Below, in pieces: positions 9,337 to 20,593 of a stretch of 39,446 nt of DNA (positions within the stretch are counted from its first letter, which is position 1; each line of letters opens with the position of its first letter). The stretch is from Chromatiaceae bacterium (lineage in GTDB: Bacteria > Pseudomonadota > Gammaproteobacteria > DTRM01). Where the stretch lies: assembly GCA_012965975.1 (NCBI GenBank), contig DTRM01000031.1:1-39446 (forward strand), given 5' to 3'. Made by a program: the position numbers and the translations under genes. The notes beneath the pieces were generated by a model. It saw only the letters and a program-made list of their open reading frames with translations. It ran no database searches and was not told the DNA's origin.

Positions 9337-10131
9337 TTATACCGCGACAGAGCCCTTGATATGTTCATGACATTGGTAATCACGCAACTCAAAATCATCA
9401 AAGGTAAACGCAAACAGATCCGTCACCTGCGGATTAAGATGCATCACAGGCAGGGGATAGGGTTCGCGACTCAACTGCAGGTCGGCTTGTTCGAGGTGAT
9501 TGTTGTATAAATGCGCATCACCCAGCGTATGCACGAAGTCACCCGGCTCAAGCCCGGTAACCTGCGCGATCATCATGGTCAACAGTGCGTAGGACGCGAT
9601 ATTAAACGGCACGCCCAGAAAAGTATCCGCGCTGCGCTGGTAGAGCTGGCAGGAAAGCTTGCCATCGGCCACATAGAACTGGAACAACAAATGGCAGGGC
9701 GGTAACGCCATGTCTTCCACGCACGCGACATTCCATGCGCTCACGATGTGTCGTCGCGAATTCGGATTATTGCGAATCTGCTCAACAACCTGGGAAATCT
9801 GATCAATGCCTCGGCCATCCGGGGTCGGCCATGAACGCCATTGGTACCCATACACAGGGCCAAGATCACCGTTGTCATCTGCCCATGCATCCCAAATACG
9901 CACACCGTTGTCCTTCAGGTAGGCGATATTGGTATCGCCCTGCAAAAACCACAACAATTCGTGAATAATCGAGCGCAGGTGTAACTTCTTGGTCGTCACC
10001 ACGGGAAAACCCGCGGACAAATCAAAGCGCATCTGGTGACCAAAGACGCTGAGTGTACCGGTGCCGGTACGGTCGCCCTTCTGCGTACCCTCATCGCGGA
10101 TCCGCCGCATCAAGTCCAAATACTGCTTCAT
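9337..10131 (-). CDS. thyA: Thymidylate synthase
   Basis: [31 protein letters not shown]. Confidence 0.98.
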   Translation of the reverse strand: MKQYLDLMRRIRDEGTQKGDRTGTGTLSVFGHQMRFDLSAGFPVVTTKKLHLRSIIHELLWFLQGDTNIAYLKDNGVRIWDAWADDNGDLGPVYGYQWRSWPTPDGRGIDQISQVVEQIRNNPNSRRHIVSAWNVACVEDMALPPCHLLFQFYVADGKLSCQLYQRSADTFLGVPFNIASYALLTMMIAQVTGLEPGDFVHTLGDAHLYNNHLEQADLQLSREPYPLPVMHLNPQVTDLFAFTFDDFELRDYQCHEHIKGSVAV

Positions 10132-10916
10132 GCCTTAGCCTCAGGTTGGTCCCGATAGGCCAACCACAATAACAAAACACCAAAGCCCAACATCGGCAGG
10201 GTTAACAACTGCCCCATGGTCAACCAATCAAATGCGATGTAACCCAGATGCTCATCGGGAACGCGGACAAACTCGATCACGAAGCGAAATACCCCGTAGC
10301 AAAGTAGATACAATCCGGACACCGCGCGCAATGGACGCGGGCGACTCGAAAATATCCACAGAATCAGAAAGAACAATACACCCTCAAGTGCAAACTCATA
10401 TAACTGGGTTGGGTGACGCGGTTCCGGCCCCACGAACGGGAATACCATACCCCACGGGCCGTCCGTCACATCGCCCCACAGCTCGCCGTTAATAAAGTTA
10501 CCGATGCGGCCTGCACCCAAACCTAATGGAACCAGCGGCGCCAGATAATCGGTGATGCGAAAAAAACCCCGCCCGTTCTTGCGGCCGAGCAACCACATCG
10601 CGATAAATACCCCCAGCATACCCCCGTGATAGGACATTCCACCCTGCCATATACGCAGGATCAACAGGGGGTCTTCAAGAAATACGGGGAAGTTGTAAAA
10701 CAAAACATAACCCACACGGCCACCCAGTATCACGCCGAGTACCACATAAAACGTCAAGTCATCAAGATCTTTTGACGTCCAGCCAACCCGTTGCAGGCGC
10801 ATCGTGCCGAACCACCAACCCAGGAAAAATGCGATCAGATACATCAAGCCGTACCAATGCACCTCGATCGGACCCAGACTGATCGCAATGGGATCAATAG
10901 TCGGATACACAAACAT
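10128..10916 (-). CDS. lgt: Prolipoprotein diacylglyceryl transferase
   Basis: [34 protein letters not shown]; ATG at 10916 overlaps the rlmI stop (TGATG). Confidence 0.97.
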   Translation of the reverse strand: MFVYPTIDPIAISLGPIEVHWYGLMYLIAFFLGWWFGTMRLQRVGWTSKDLDDLTFYVVLGVILGGRVGYVLFYNFPVFLEDPLLILRIWQGGMSYHGGMLGVFIAMWLLGRKNGRGFFRITDYLAPLVPLGLGAGRIGNFINGELWGDVTDGPWGMVFPFVGPEPRHPTQLYEFALEGVLFFLILWIFSSRPRPLRAVSGLYLLCYGVFRFVIEFVRVPDEHLGYIAFDWLTMGQLLTLPMLGFGVLLLWLAYRDQPEAKA

Positions 10917-12115
10917 CAGCGGGGCAATACTCGACAAAGGTAAGACTTCAGATACTCGGTTTCCGGGATAGCCGGGTGAATGGGATGATCCGCCGCCTGA
11001 TGCCCTTGCTGCAGTATGGTCAAATCCCGATCAATGTGACGCGCCGATTGATGCAACAACCCCCCAAGGTCATCACGCGACAAATGCGATGAACACGATG
11101 CCGATACCAACAGACCATCACGCGACAACAACCGTATCGCCAGCTGATTGATTCGAGAATACGCCTGTAGCCCTTTCTTTTTATCTTTGCGGCGTTTGAT
11201 AAAAGCCGGTGGATCAACAATCACCACATCAAACTGTTCGCGACTGGCACGCAGCTCGCTCAACGCCTCAAACGCATCGCCTTGCAAGGTGCTGACGCGC
11301 TCATCAACCGCATTGAGTTGCGCATTTTCGTGTACCCGGTCCAGTGCCACGGCCGAGGCATCCACGCACATCACCTCACTGGCTCCCGCCACCGCCGCTT
11401 GCACCCCCCACGCACCAATATACGAAAACACGTCAAGCACCCGCGCGCCGCTGACGTAACGCCACAGATTGGTTCGGTTGTCGTACTGATCGTAGAACCA
11501 GCCCGTCTTCTGGCCATCCAGTATCGGCACCATGAAGCGAACACCGTTTTCGCTAATCTCGACACTGGGTCGCTCATCACCTACCACCGTCTCGACATAG
11601 GTTTCCAACCCTTCAAGCTTGCGCATACTGCCATCATTTTTGAACACGATGACCGCAGGCTTGATCACGCTATTCAGTGCGTCAATCAGATCATCACGAT
11701 GCTGTTCCATACCCGCGGTATTAATCTGCACAACCAATACATCGCCATAGCGATCCACGACCAAACCGGGCAAGCCGTCGCTCTCACCAAAACACAGTCG
11801 GTAAAAGGGTTGTGCAAACAATCGTTCTCGCAACGACAACGCAATATTCAAACGATGCTTGATCAGCGAACGATCGAGTCGATACTTTAGATCACGACTG
11901 ATGACTCGGGCACAAATCAGCGAGCCCGGATTCACATAGGCCGTAGCGATGGGTGTGCCATCCGCGGAGTGAATTTCAACGTCCTGTCCCGGGGCCAAAT
12001 CCACCAGCGGCGTCGCCTGAATATCCACCTCGTTACTGAATATCCACAGATGTCCCGCGCGCAGACGCCGATCCTCACGTTTTTTTAACTTCAGTGGTGC
12101 CAGAGTTGGTTGCAT
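10916..12115 (-). CDS. rlmI: RlmI-family class I SAM-dependent rRNA methyltransferase
   Basis: N-terminal PUA-like GHLWIFSNE, ESDGLPGLVVD, GQKTGWFYDQ, DPPAF, ASCS, YLK. Confidence 0.85.
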   Translation of the reverse strand: MQPTLAPLKLKKREDRRLRAGHLWIFSNEVDIQATPLVDLAPGQDVEIHSADGTPIATAYVNPGSLICARVISRDLKYRLDRSLIKHRLNIALSLRERLFAQPFYRLCFGESDGLPGLVVDRYGDVLVVQINTAGMEQHRDDLIDALNSVIKPAVIVFKNDGSMRKLEGLETYVETVVGDERPSVEISENGVRFMVPILDGQKTGWFYDQYDNRTNLWRYVSGARVLDVFSYIGAWGVQAAVAGASEVMCVDASAVALDRVHENAQLNAVDERVSTLQGDAFEALSELRASREQFDVVIVDPPAFIKRRKDKKKGLQAYSRINQLAIRLLSRDGLLVSASCSSHLSRDDLGGLLHQSARHIDRDLTILQQGHQAADHPIHPAIPETEYLKSYLCRVLPR

Positions 12116-12198
12116 CTCGATTTACGCTTAAATGGCTTGGATATAGCGTAATTATATCTGTCACAATAGGTCCAGCGATACGCTTATTTCCGACCGAT

Positions 12199-14253
12199 AT
12201 GAATCCAAATAACCATTTGGGCGACACCACCAGCCCGTACCTGCAGCAGCACGCCGATAATCCCGTTAACTGGCTCCCGTGGGGGGAAAAGGCCCTCAAT
12301 CTGGCGCGTCAACAGGATAAGCCCATCTTGCTGTCGATCGGCTACTCGGCCTGCCACTGGTGCCATGTAATGGCGCATGAGTCGTTCGAGAATGAGGCGA
12401 CGGCTGCGGTCATGAACGAGCTCTACGTCAACATCAAGGTCGACCGTGAAGAGCGCCCGGATCTGGACAAGATTTACCAGACTGCACACCATTTGATGGC
12501 GCAACGTGGTGGCGGCTGGCCGCTGACCTTGCTGCTAAGCCCGGATGACCACACCCCATTTTTTACCGGCACCTACTTCCCGCCGGAACCGCGCCACAAT
12601 CTGCCCGCGTTTACCGACCTGCTGCGACGTGGCGAGGCCTTTTTCCGGCAGAACCGTCAAACAATCGCCGAACAGCGCGACTCGCTGATCGAGGGTATGG
12701 ACTCAATGACACCCACATCAACGGATCACGTCATATTGGATGCCGTGCCGCTCGATTCGGCGCGCACCCAACTTGGGTCCAGCTTCGACGATATCCAGGG
12801 TGGCTTTGGTTCCGCGCCGAAATTCCCTCATCCAACCCATGTCGAACGACTGCTGCGACATTGGGCCGCCACTCGGATTGCCGGTCAGGCGGATACCAAG
12901 GCATTGGAGATCGCACTGTTCAGTTTGCGAAAAATGGCCAACGGTGGGCTCTTCGACCACTTGGGCGGGGGGTTCTGTCGCTACTCGACCGATGACCAGT
13001 GGATGATTCCACATTTTGAAAAAATGCTGTACGACAATGGCCCGTTGCTCACGCTGTATGCAGATGCATGGAAAATCTCCCATGAAGATATTTTTCAAGA
13101 CGCTGGCGTGGCAACCGCAGGATGGGTAATGCGCGAAATGCAATCGGACACGGGTGGCTACTACTCCGCGCAGGATGCAGACTCGGAAGGAGAAGAAGGC
13201 AAGTTCTACGTTTGGACGCCCGATGAAATCAAGGCGATTCTAGACACCGAAGAGATGGAACTGTTTGCCACTCGCTTTGGCCTTGATCGCGAGGCCAACT
13301 TCGAAGGCAAATGGTATCCGCACGGTTATCGCTCTGAACAGCAGGTCGCGGAACATAGCGGACAGTCGTTGACAAATGTTCGCCGATACCTCGCCAGCGC
13401 CCGTGACAAGCTGTTAAAAAAGCGCAGCAAGCGGATCGCGCCCGGGCGTGACGATAAGGTTCTCGGCTCATGGAATGCGCTGATGATAAAAGGCATGCTG
13501 CGCGCAGCCAACCTCTTTGGTCGACCTGAATTTCAACACTCTGCGGAAAACGCCATGGCCTTTGTACGCAGCACCCTGTGGTCGAACAATCGCCTTCTCG
13601 CCACTTACAAAGACGGTCACGCCCATCTCAATGCCTATCTCGACGACTATGCTTATTTGATCGATGCCCTGCTTGAATTACTGCAGACACGCTGGGACTC
13701 AGCCGATCTGAAATTCGCCTGCGAACTGGCGGATGTGTTGCTGGATCAGTTCGAAGACAAGGACCATGGTGGATTCTTTTTCACCTCTCACGATCACGAA
13801 GACCTGCTGCATCGACCCAAGCCATTGGCGGATGAAGCCATTCCATCCGGTAACGGGATCGCCGCGAGCGTCCTCACACGACTTGGCCACCTCACGGGGG
13901 ACACTCGCTATCTAGATGCAGCTCGCAGAACCCTGGAGTTTTCGTGGCCAGCGATTACCCGGTTTTCACACGGACACAACGCCCTACTGCTCGCACTGGA
14001 AGAAACCCTGCATCCACCGGAGTTGATCGTTATTCGCGGGGCAACGGCACAATCTCAGGCATGGTGCCATGCGGCACGCGATCACTACACCCCGACACGG
14101 ATGGTGTTCTCGATCGACACCGGGATAAGCGACCTGCCCGAAGCACTTGCCAGTAAAATAGCGACGGAGCGTACGCGTGCCTATATTTGTCGTGGCACCG
14201 AATGCCTGCCCCCTATCGACGGTCTCGAGGAACTCAAACAGATCCTCTCGTGA
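12199..14253 (+). CDS. YyaL/SSP411-like thioredoxin-domain protein with helical C-terminal domain
   Basis: SPYLQQHADNPVNW, GYSACHWCHVM, KVDREERPD, GGWP, APKFP, PHFEKMLYD; family-like start MNPNNHL at 12199. Confidence 0.93.
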   Translation: MNPNNHLGDTTSPYLQQHADNPVNWLPWGEKALNLARQQDKPILLSIGYSACHWCHVMAHESFENEATAAVMNELYVNIKVDREERPDLDKIYQTAHHLMAQRGGGWPLTLLLSPDDHTPFFTGTYFPPEPRHNLPAFTDLLRRGEAFFRQNRQTIAEQRDSLIEGMDSMTPTSTDHVILDAVPLDSARTQLGSSFDDIQGGFGSAPKFPHPTHVERLLRHWAATRIAGQADTKALEIALFSLRKMANGGLFDHLGGGFCRYSTDDQWMIPHFEKMLYDNGPLLTLYADAWKISHEDIFQDAGVATAGWVMREMQSDTGGYYSAQDADSEGEEGKFYVWTPDEIKAILDTEEMELFATRFGLDREANFEGKWYPHGYRSEQQVAEHSGQSLTNVRRYLASARDKLLKKRSKRIAPGRDDKVLGSWNALMIKGMLRAANLFGRPEFQHSAENAMAFVRSTLWSNNRLLATYKDGHAHLNAYLDDYAYLIDALLELLQTRWDSADLKFACELADVLLDQFEDKDHGGFFFTSHDHEDLLHRPKPLADEAIPSGNGIAASVLTRLGHLTGDTRYLDAARRTLEFSWPAITRFSHGHNALLLALEETLHPPELIVIRGATAQSQAWCHAARDHYTPTRMVFSIDTGISDLPEALASKIATERTRAYICRGTECLPPIDGLEELKQILS

Positions 14254-14392
14254 TGCGTTCAAGGTAAAGGTTCAGGCCCCACCCAAGCAAGCCAAGGCGC
14301 ATAAAGTGAGGGCATGAAATAGCACAATTCGCTGTTACCGATGCGAACAGTGCGTACAATAGCGTCTTTTCACGCACTCATCAGCAGTAGAT

Positions 14393-14692
14393 ATGTATTC
14401 AAAAACTTACACGACCGTAAAGAAAAGCGGCCTGCACGGGAAAGGATTGTTCGCCTGTCAGTCGATTAGCGAAGGCACGGTAATCGGTCGCATCAAGGGC
14501 AAGCCCGCCCGTAAAGATGGCGCCTACGTTTTATGGCTTACCTCACACAAAGGGTTTCGCGTGGTTTGTCGGCTCAAATACATCAACCATTCGTATACAC
14601 CCAACGCGGTCTATTGCGACAATGGCGAGGTGGTTGCACTAAGCGATATTGCGCCGGATGAAGAGATCACTCACCACTACGGCTGGGGTTAA
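14393..14692 (+). CDS. Minimal SET-domain protein (putative protein-lysine methyltransferase)
   Basis: KSGLHGKGLFA, YINHS..PNA, DIAPDEEITHHYG match SET signature motifs. Confidence 0.85.
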   Translation: MYSKTYTTVKKSGLHGKGLFACQSISEGTVIGRIKGKPARKDGAYVLWLTSHKGFRVVCRLKYINHSYTPNAVYCDNGEVVALSDIAPDEEITHHYGWG

Positions 14693-15090
14693 TCGGGTTT
14701 TAGCGCCTGCCGTCCGCTGCCGAGCAGAACAACGGCCGAGGCTCCGAGTAAATAGAACGCCTGCAACTCAAGTGCCCAGCCACCGTGCTTGGTCAGATCC
14801 AGGAAATCACCCGAGTGCACCAGAAAAATGGCAAATGCCATGTTCACCACCACCACGGCTGCACCCACACGCGCGTAAATCCCGAAAATCATCATCAATG
14901 GCGCGACGATCTCTCCCAGATAAACACCATAGGCAAGCTCGGCAGGCAACCCCACCGCGGTCAACGCTTTTTCAATCATTCCGAGTGATTCGGGGTGAAC
15001 GATTTTAGCAACCCCATGAAACAACAGAAGGATGCCAACCGTTAAACGTAAAACCAGCTTGCCTGCAGAACCGTTGCGAACACCACTCAT
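14689..15090 (-). CDS. DoxX-family membrane protein
   Basis: LRLTVG...FHGVAK, VYLGEIVAP, GGWALELQ, LLGSGR; four hydrophobic segments. Confidence 0.9.
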   Translation of the reverse strand: MSGVRNGSAGKLVLRLTVGILLLFHGVAKIVHPESLGMIEKALTAVGLPAELAYGVYLGEIVAPLMMIFGIYARVGAAVVVVNMAFAIFLVHSGDFLDLTKHGGWALELQAFYLLGASAVVLLGSGRQALKPD

Positions 15091-15138
15091 GGATAGGACT
15101 CGGTCGACCGATCGGGTGCTAATAATCTAGCACAAGCC

Positions 15139-15366
15139 TTAGACGTGTGGGCGCTTATGCAGAGAAAGATCGGAATAACAACCGACTGGGTCAATAAAAG
15201 CAAAACTGGCATCTGATCGTTTCTGAATCATGAACTGATTAAATGGTAAACCAACAATTTCCACCACATTCTTCGCATCAACTGCCAGCAACACCTGACT
15301 CCACAACTGAAACCGATTGGCAGTACGTGAGATGAGAGCCTCATAGTTAGCCTCTTCGATGTTCAC
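15139..15366 (-). pseudogene. Probable internally deleted remnant of a class I SAM-dependent methyltransferase
   Basis: AKNVVEI(V)G resembles the start of methyltransferase motif I but the glycine-rich loop and core are absent; only about 75 codons. Family recall not verified. Confidence 0.4.
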
Positions 15367-15417
15367 ACCCGAGCACTTCCCATGGACGATATGGCCTGAC
15401 AAGAAACCAGCATTGGA

Positions 15418-16350
15418 TTACCAGACGTAATCAAACGATGCCTTAAAGTGATCTCGAATCGCATCAAGATCCGGGTTGTGATTCTGCGTGCCGTGTTGTG
15501 CGATCTTAATCGCGCCCATCACCGCCGCCAAACGCCCGGTAGTATCCCAATCCATATCGTTCATCAGGCCATACAACAAACCACTGCGATAGGCGTCGCC
15601 ACAACCGGTTGGATCGTTAACCGCATCAACCTTAGCTGCCGGGATTTCTATGCGTTTATTATTACTATAGATCACAGAACCTTCGCCGCCACGAGTCACG
15701 ACCATCGCCTTGACCTTGCCAGCCAACTCACCCAGCGACAAACCTGTTTTGTCCACCATCATCTGCGCTTCATAGTCGTTGAATGCGGCCCAGGTCGCCT
15801 GCTCCATAAAGGTCAGCAGATCTTCGCCACCATACATTGGCAGACCTTGACCCGGATCAAACATAAAGGGAATGTCGGCTTCGACGAACTGGGTCGCGTG
15901 CTCAATCATGCCATCGCGACCATCCGGTGAAATCAAACCCAGTGTAATCCCGTCATCGGTTGGGATTTTGTTCAGATGGGCACTGCCCATCGCGCCCGGA
16001 TGAAACGCAGTAATCTGGTTGTCATCCATATCGGTGGTGATAAAGGCCTGCGCAGTATAGCTGTCGTCAATGGTCTTCAGATACTGTCGACTGACACCGC
16101 ACTTATCCATCCACTCTGCATACGGCGCGAAGTCACTGCCGACTGTACCCATCGGCGCGCCCTTACCACCGAGAAGATTCAGATTGTAGGCAATATTACC
16201 GGCGCAACCACCAAACTCGCGGCGCATGTCGGGCACCAAAAATGCGACGTTCAACATGTGCACCTTGTCGGGCAGGATATGATTCTTGAACTGGTCGGGA
16301 AAGACCATGATGGTATCGTACGCAAATGAACCACAGATAAGTGCTGACAT
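15418..16350 (-). CDS. PfkB-family carbohydrate kinase, bacterial adenosine kinase type
   Basis: GSFAYDTIM, GGCAGNIAY, DPGQ, NDYE, DPTGCGDAYRSG. Confidence 0.9.
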   Translation of the reverse strand: MSALICGSFAYDTIMVFPDQFKNHILPDKVHMLNVAFLVPDMRREFGGCAGNIAYNLNLLGGKGAPMGTVGSDFAPYAEWMDKCGVSRQYLKTIDDSYTAQAFITTDMDDNQITAFHPGAMGSAHLNKIPTDDGITLGLISPDGRDGMIEHATQFVEADIPFMFDPGQGLPMYGGEDLLTFMEQATWAAFNDYEAQMMVDKTGLSLGELAGKVKAMVVTRGGEGSVIYSNNKRIEIPAAKVDAVNDPTGCGDAYRSGLLYGLMNDMDWDTTGRLAAVMGAIKIAQHGTQNHNPDLDAIRDHFKASFDYVW

Positions 16351-16367
16351 AGTGTGTCCTAGAGATT

Positions 16368-16745
16368 TTAGAAAAGAATCAAAACCCAGGTCAGTACCAC
16401 CAGGGCCAATGACAGAAAAACGGCTGCGGAGCCAAGGTCTTTAGCTCGACCCGATAAAATATGATGCTCGCTGCCAATACGATCGACGACGGCTTCAATA
16501 CCGCTATTGAGTAGCTCAACAATCAGAACTACAAACAGGCTGCCGATGAGCAACACGCGCTCGATCGCGCCATCGCCAAACCAGTAACCCAATGGTGCCA
16601 TAATGACAAACAGAAACAGTTCTTGTCGAAACGCTGCCTCATGCCGCATTGCGGCGCAGAAACCGGCCCAGGAATAGCCAGCCGCATTGATGATACGGGT
16701 CAACCCCGTCGCAGGAACAGAGGCGTGTCCGTCGCTATCAGGCAT
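16368..16745 (-). CDS. dgkA: Diacylglycerol kinase
   Basis: [31 protein letters not shown]; ATG at 16745 overlaps the gcvPB end. Confidence 0.95.
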   Translation of the reverse strand: MPDSDGHASVPATGLTRIINAAGYSWAGFCAAMRHEAAFRQELFLFVIMAPLGYWFGDGAIERVLLIGSLFVVLIVELLNSGIEAVVDRIGSEHHILSGRAKDLGSAAVFLSLALVVLTWVLILF

Positions 16746-18189
16746 CACCTGACCAAACAATATCAAGCTCGCGAGCCGCTTTCACATCATCCAGTCGTTT
16801 AACTGGCTGGGTATACGGTGCGCCCTTGATCATGTCGATATCGCTGATGGCCTCATCACGAATCTTGATCATCGCGTCGACAAAGCCATCCAACTCTTCA
16901 ACGGCTTCCGACTCAGTGGGCTCAATCAACAGGCACTCCGGAATCAACAATGGAAAATAGGTCGTCGGCGCATGATAACCGTAGTCGAGCAGTCTTTTGG
17001 CAAAATCCATCGCCGTCGCACCCGGGTCCTTGGCTTCCTTCTTCATGGTCACAATAAACTCATGGGTCGCACGACGATCCGGAAAGGCGAGTTCAAAACC
17101 GGCCTGTTTCATTCTTACCATCATGTAGTTCGCGTTCAGCGTCGCAAACTCCGCGACGCGATGCATGCCTTCGCGTCCCAGCATACGAGCGTAAACATAG
17201 GCTCGCAGCAGCACGCCCGCATTACCGGCAAAAGTCATCAGTCGGCCAATACTCTCTGGCGCCTCATCCTCACTGATCCAGTGGTATTCATCGCCATCGA
17301 ACGCCACCATCGGCAGAGGCATATAGGGAATCAGACGTTCGGACACACCCACCGGCCCGGCGCCGGGGCCACCGCCACCATGCGGTGTGGAAAAAGTCTT
17401 GTGCAGATTCATATGGATGACATCGAAACCCATGTCACCCGGTCGTACCCGGCCCAGAATCGCATTCAGGTTGGCGCCATCGTAATAAAGCAAGCCACCC
17501 GCCTCATGCACGACCGCCGCAATCTCTTCGATCTGGCGTTCGAACACACCCAGCGTCGATGGGTTGGTCAACATGATGCCTGCCGTAGTGGGACCAACAA
17601 TCTTCTTCAGCGCCTCGAGATCCACATCACCTTGCGAATCGGTCGGAATCTCATGCACCTTGTATCCACACATCACTGCGGATGCAGGGTTAGTACCGTG
17701 CGCAGCGTCTGGAACCAATATCTCGGTACGTTCGGTGTCGCCTCGCGCATCGTGATAGGCACGAATCATCGCCACACCCGCAAACTCACCCTGCGCACCC
17801 GCTGCCGGTGCCAGTGAAACTTCTTTCATGCCGGTGACCTCCTTCAGTATTTCCTGAAGGTCGTGCATACAGGACATGAAACCCTGACTGTGTGAAGCCG
17901 GCGCCAATGGGTGACGCGCCAGAAAACCCGGCAACATGGCCAGACTGTTACAGGCACGCGGATTATATTTCATGGTGCAGGAACCAAGCGGATAAAACTC
18001 GGTATCAATCGAGAAATTCTTTTGTGACAGTCGCGTATAATGACGCACCGCCTGCATTTCGGACACCTCAGCCATCACTGGCGGCGTTTCACGTAGCAGA
18101 CCCGCTGGGATATCGTCCGCACCTGCAACGTCCATCGGTGCCTGAGCCGTAGCACGGCGACCTTTCATTGAATGTTCAAAAATTAACAA
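16738..18189 (-). CDS. gcvPB: Glycine dehydrogenase (decarboxylating) subunit 2
   Basis: [51 protein letters not shown]. Confidence 0.97.
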   Translation of the reverse strand: MLIFEHSMKGRRATAQAPMDVAGADDIPAGLLRETPPVMAEVSEMQAVRHYTRLSQKNFSIDTEFYPLGSCTMKYNPRACNSLAMLPGFLARHPLAPASHSQGFMSCMHDLQEILKEVTGMKEVSLAPAAGAQGEFAGVAMIRAYHDARGDTERTEILVPDAAHGTNPASAVMCGYKVHEIPTDSQGDVDLEALKKIVGPTTAGIMLTNPSTLGVFERQIEEIAAVVHEAGGLLYYDGANLNAILGRVRPGDMGFDVIHMNLHKTFSTPHGGGGPGAGPVGVSERLIPYMPLPMVAFDGDEYHWISEDEAPESIGRLMTFAGNAGVLLRAYVYARMLGREGMHRVAEFATLNANYMMVRMKQAGFELAFPDRRATHEFIVTMKKEAKDPGATAMDFAKRLLDYGYHAPTTYFPLLIPECLLIEPTESEAVEELDGFVDAMIKIRDEAISDIDMIKGAPYTQPVKRLDDVKAARELDIVWSGDA

Positions 18190-18211
18190 CGTCTTATCCT
18201 GTCAGTTGAGC

Positions 18212-18712
18212 CTAGGCCAGTGCGGCCAATGCCTTATCATAATCCGGTTCCTGAGAAATCTCAGGTACCAGTTCGGTATAAATTATTTTGTCGTTCTCGT
18301 CGATGACGATCACCGCACGCGTACACAGACCCGCCAATGGCCCGTCCTCGATCAACAGCCCGTAGTCTTTCGCAAACGAGCGACTGCGCATCATCGACAG
18401 CGTCTCGACCTTGTCAATTTCCTCGTCGGCACACACACGCGTGGCGGCAAAGGGCAAATCATCCGACACCACCAACAACACCACGTTATCGAGGCCCGCG
18501 GCGGCTTCATAAAAGCGCTTGGTGGATGCAATGCACACACCTGTATCCAGGCTCGGCACCGCACTTAGCAACTTCTTCTTGCCGGCATAATCCGACAAGT
18601 GAACATCCCGGAGGGTTTTCGTCACCAGATGAAAATCAGCTGCCTGACTACCCACTGCCGGGAACCCATCGACGATTTGAGTCGCGTTGCCGCGCAAAGT
18701 CACTGTGCCCAT
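18212..18712 (-). CDS. tpx: Thiol peroxidase (atypical 2-Cys peroxiredoxin)
   Basis: PSLDTGVC peroxidatic motif, DLPFA..RVC resolving Cys, ELVPEISQEPDY. Confidence 0.95.
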   Translation of the reverse strand: MGTVTLRGNATQIVDGFPAVGSQAADFHLVTKTLRDVHLSDYAGKKKLLSAVPSLDTGVCIASTKRFYEAAAGLDNVVLLVVSDDLPFAATRVCADEEIDKVETLSMMRSRSFAKDYGLLIEDGPLAGLCTRAVIVIDENDKIIYTELVPEISQEPDYDKALAALA

Positions 18713-18739
18713 CGTGTTACTCCTTACGATCCATTAAAG

Positions 18740-20131
18740 CTAAGTCTGCGCCGAACTGGCCGCTGGCGCTTGCATTCCGACGACGCGATCCAGCAATTCG
18801 ACATAACGATTCAAATCGGTTTCGGTACGTACTTCGGTCGCACAGACCAGCACACACTCACCGAGTTCAGGGTAATCGGCAGCCAGATCAAAACCACCCA
18901 ACAAGTTGTGGGCCGCCATTGCCTTCAGTACCCCATCCGCCGACATCGGCAGGCGCAATACCGACTCGTGAAACATCGGTCGGTTAAATACCGGCTCAAC
19001 ACCATCGATTACACTAAGCTTTTCAATCAGGCTGTTGGTGTTCGCATGGGAAGCCAACGCAACCCGCCGCAACCCTTCGGCACCCAGCAACGACATATGA
19101 ATGGTTGATGCCGTCACCATCAAGCCCTGATTGGTGCAGATATTGGAGGTCGCCTTGGAACGACGAATATGTTGCTCGCGAGCCTGCAAGGTCAGCGCAA
19201 AACCCTCCTTGCCCTCCATATCCACTGTGCGACCAATAATACGGCCGGGCATTTGACGAACAATGGCCTGTTTGCAGCATAGAAAGCCATAGTAAGGCCC
19301 ACCCGATGACATCGGGATACCCAGTGGCTGACCTTCACCACAGACGATGTCGGCGCCGTTCTCGCCCCACTCGCCGGCGGGCTTGAGTAACGCCATCGCG
19401 ATCGGGTTAACCACACCAATCGCCAGCGCCTTGTTCGCGTGCGCCCACTCGGTCAGCTCATCAACATCTTCAAGCACACCAAAGAAATTCGGTTGCGGAA
19501 TCACCAGCGCAGCAATATCGGTACCCGCATAGTCCGCCAAGGCATCAACCGGTGTATGTCCGCCGACGCGGTCGTAATCAATCTCAATCAGCTTGATGCC
19601 CTGATTGCGAACAATGTTGTGTACAACCTTGCGGTAGGCCGGATGCAAATTGCGTGGCACCAGAATGAGTTTGGATTTCGACTTGCGGTTGGCGCGCACC
19701 GCCATCAATACCGCTTCTGCCAAGGCGGAGCCACCGTCATACATCGACGCATTGGACACATCCATGCCATGCAAGTTTGCCGTCATGGTCTGAAACTCAT
19801 ACAACAACTGCAAGGTGCCCTGACTAGCTTCCGCCTGATACGGCGTATACGCCGTATAGAACTCGCCACGCGTAGTTAGCTGCCATACAGCTGCAGGGAT
19901 ATGATGATCATAGGCACCTGCACCGATAAAACAGGTCGGCGTACCATCCTGTGATGCGCGCTCGGCCATCAAGCGGGCAATCTCCATCTCGCTCGCGCCA
20001 ACGGGCACGCCTTCGAGACCCTCGTAACGCAGGCTTTCCGGAATCTCATCAAACAGGTCATCAATGGATGACGCGCCGATGATGGACAGCATCTGTTTTA
20101 CATCATCATCGGTATGGGGAATGAACGGCAT
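18740..20131 (-). CDS. gcvPA: Glycine dehydrogenase (decarboxylating) subunit 1
   Basis: [47 protein letters not shown]. Confidence 0.97.
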   Translation of the reverse strand: MPFIPHTDDDVKQMLSIIGASSIDDLFDEIPESLRYEGLEGVPVGASEMEIARLMAERASQDGTPTCFIGAGAYDHHIPAAVWQLTTRGEFYTAYTPYQAEASQGTLQLLYEFQTMTANLHGMDVSNASMYDGGSALAEAVLMAVRANRKSKSKLILVPRNLHPAYRKVVHNIVRNQGIKLIEIDYDRVGGHTPVDALADYAGTDIAALVIPQPNFFGVLEDVDELTEWAHANKALAIGVVNPIAMALLKPAGEWGENGADIVCGEGQPLGIPMSSGGPYYGFLCCKQAIVRQMPGRIIGRTVDMEGKEGFALTLQAREQHIRRSKATSNICTNQGLMVTASTIHMSLLGAEGLRRVALASHANTNSLIEKLSVIDGVEPVFNRPMFHESVLRLPMSADGVLKAMAAHNLLGGFDLAADYPELGECVLVCATEVRTETDLNRYVELLDRVVGMQAPAASSAQT

Positions 20132-20172
20132 TGTCTTGTCTCAACTATCTTCTCGGTGTTCGCAATCTTCGA

Positions 20173-20568
20173 TTAGTGATCTTCTTCATCCACGTGCGCC
20201 TGATAGGCATCCGCATCCATCAACTCATCCATCTCAGGGGCATCGCTGGGCTGCAATTTAAACAACCAGCCGGCACCATAGGCGTCCTCGTTAATGATTT
20301 GCGGGGAATCTTCCAGCGCCTCATTGATCTCGGTCACTTCACCGGAAACAGGGCAATACACATCGGATGCAGCCTTGACCGACTCCACCACGGTACAATC
20401 ATCGCCCGGGGCGAACACCGCGCCTATTTCTGGTGTTTCCACAAACACCAGATCGCCAAGCAATTCCTGCGCATGAGCCGTAATACCGATGGTCAGACTA
20501 CCGTCCTCTTCAGTACGAACCCACTCGTGGGATTTGGTGTAGCGCAAATCAGCTGGTATATCACTCAT
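20173..20568 (-). CDS. gcvH: Glycine cleavage system H protein
   Basis: [23 protein letters not shown] (lipoyl-Lys), GWLFK. Confidence 0.97.
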   Translation of the reverse strand: MSDIPADLRYTKSHEWVRTEEDGSLTIGITAHAQELLGDLVFVETPEIGAVFAPGDDCTVVESVKAASDVYCPVSGEVTEINEALEDSPQIINEDAYGAGWLFKLQPSDAPEMDELMDADAYQAHVDEEDH

Positions 20569-20593
20569 AGTCTTGTCCTCTATTTATCAATGC

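Noticed and set aside
12094-12198. N-terminal extension of the YyaL-like ORF
   Set aside because: Overlaps the divergent rlmI start; family-like sequence begins at ATG 12199.
16972-17817. 281-aa antisense ORF, and similar long shadows at 11282, 18337, 20131, 28306 and 32275
   Set aside because: Lie opposite well-conserved genes and have no recognisable motifs; typical of GC-rich coding DNA.
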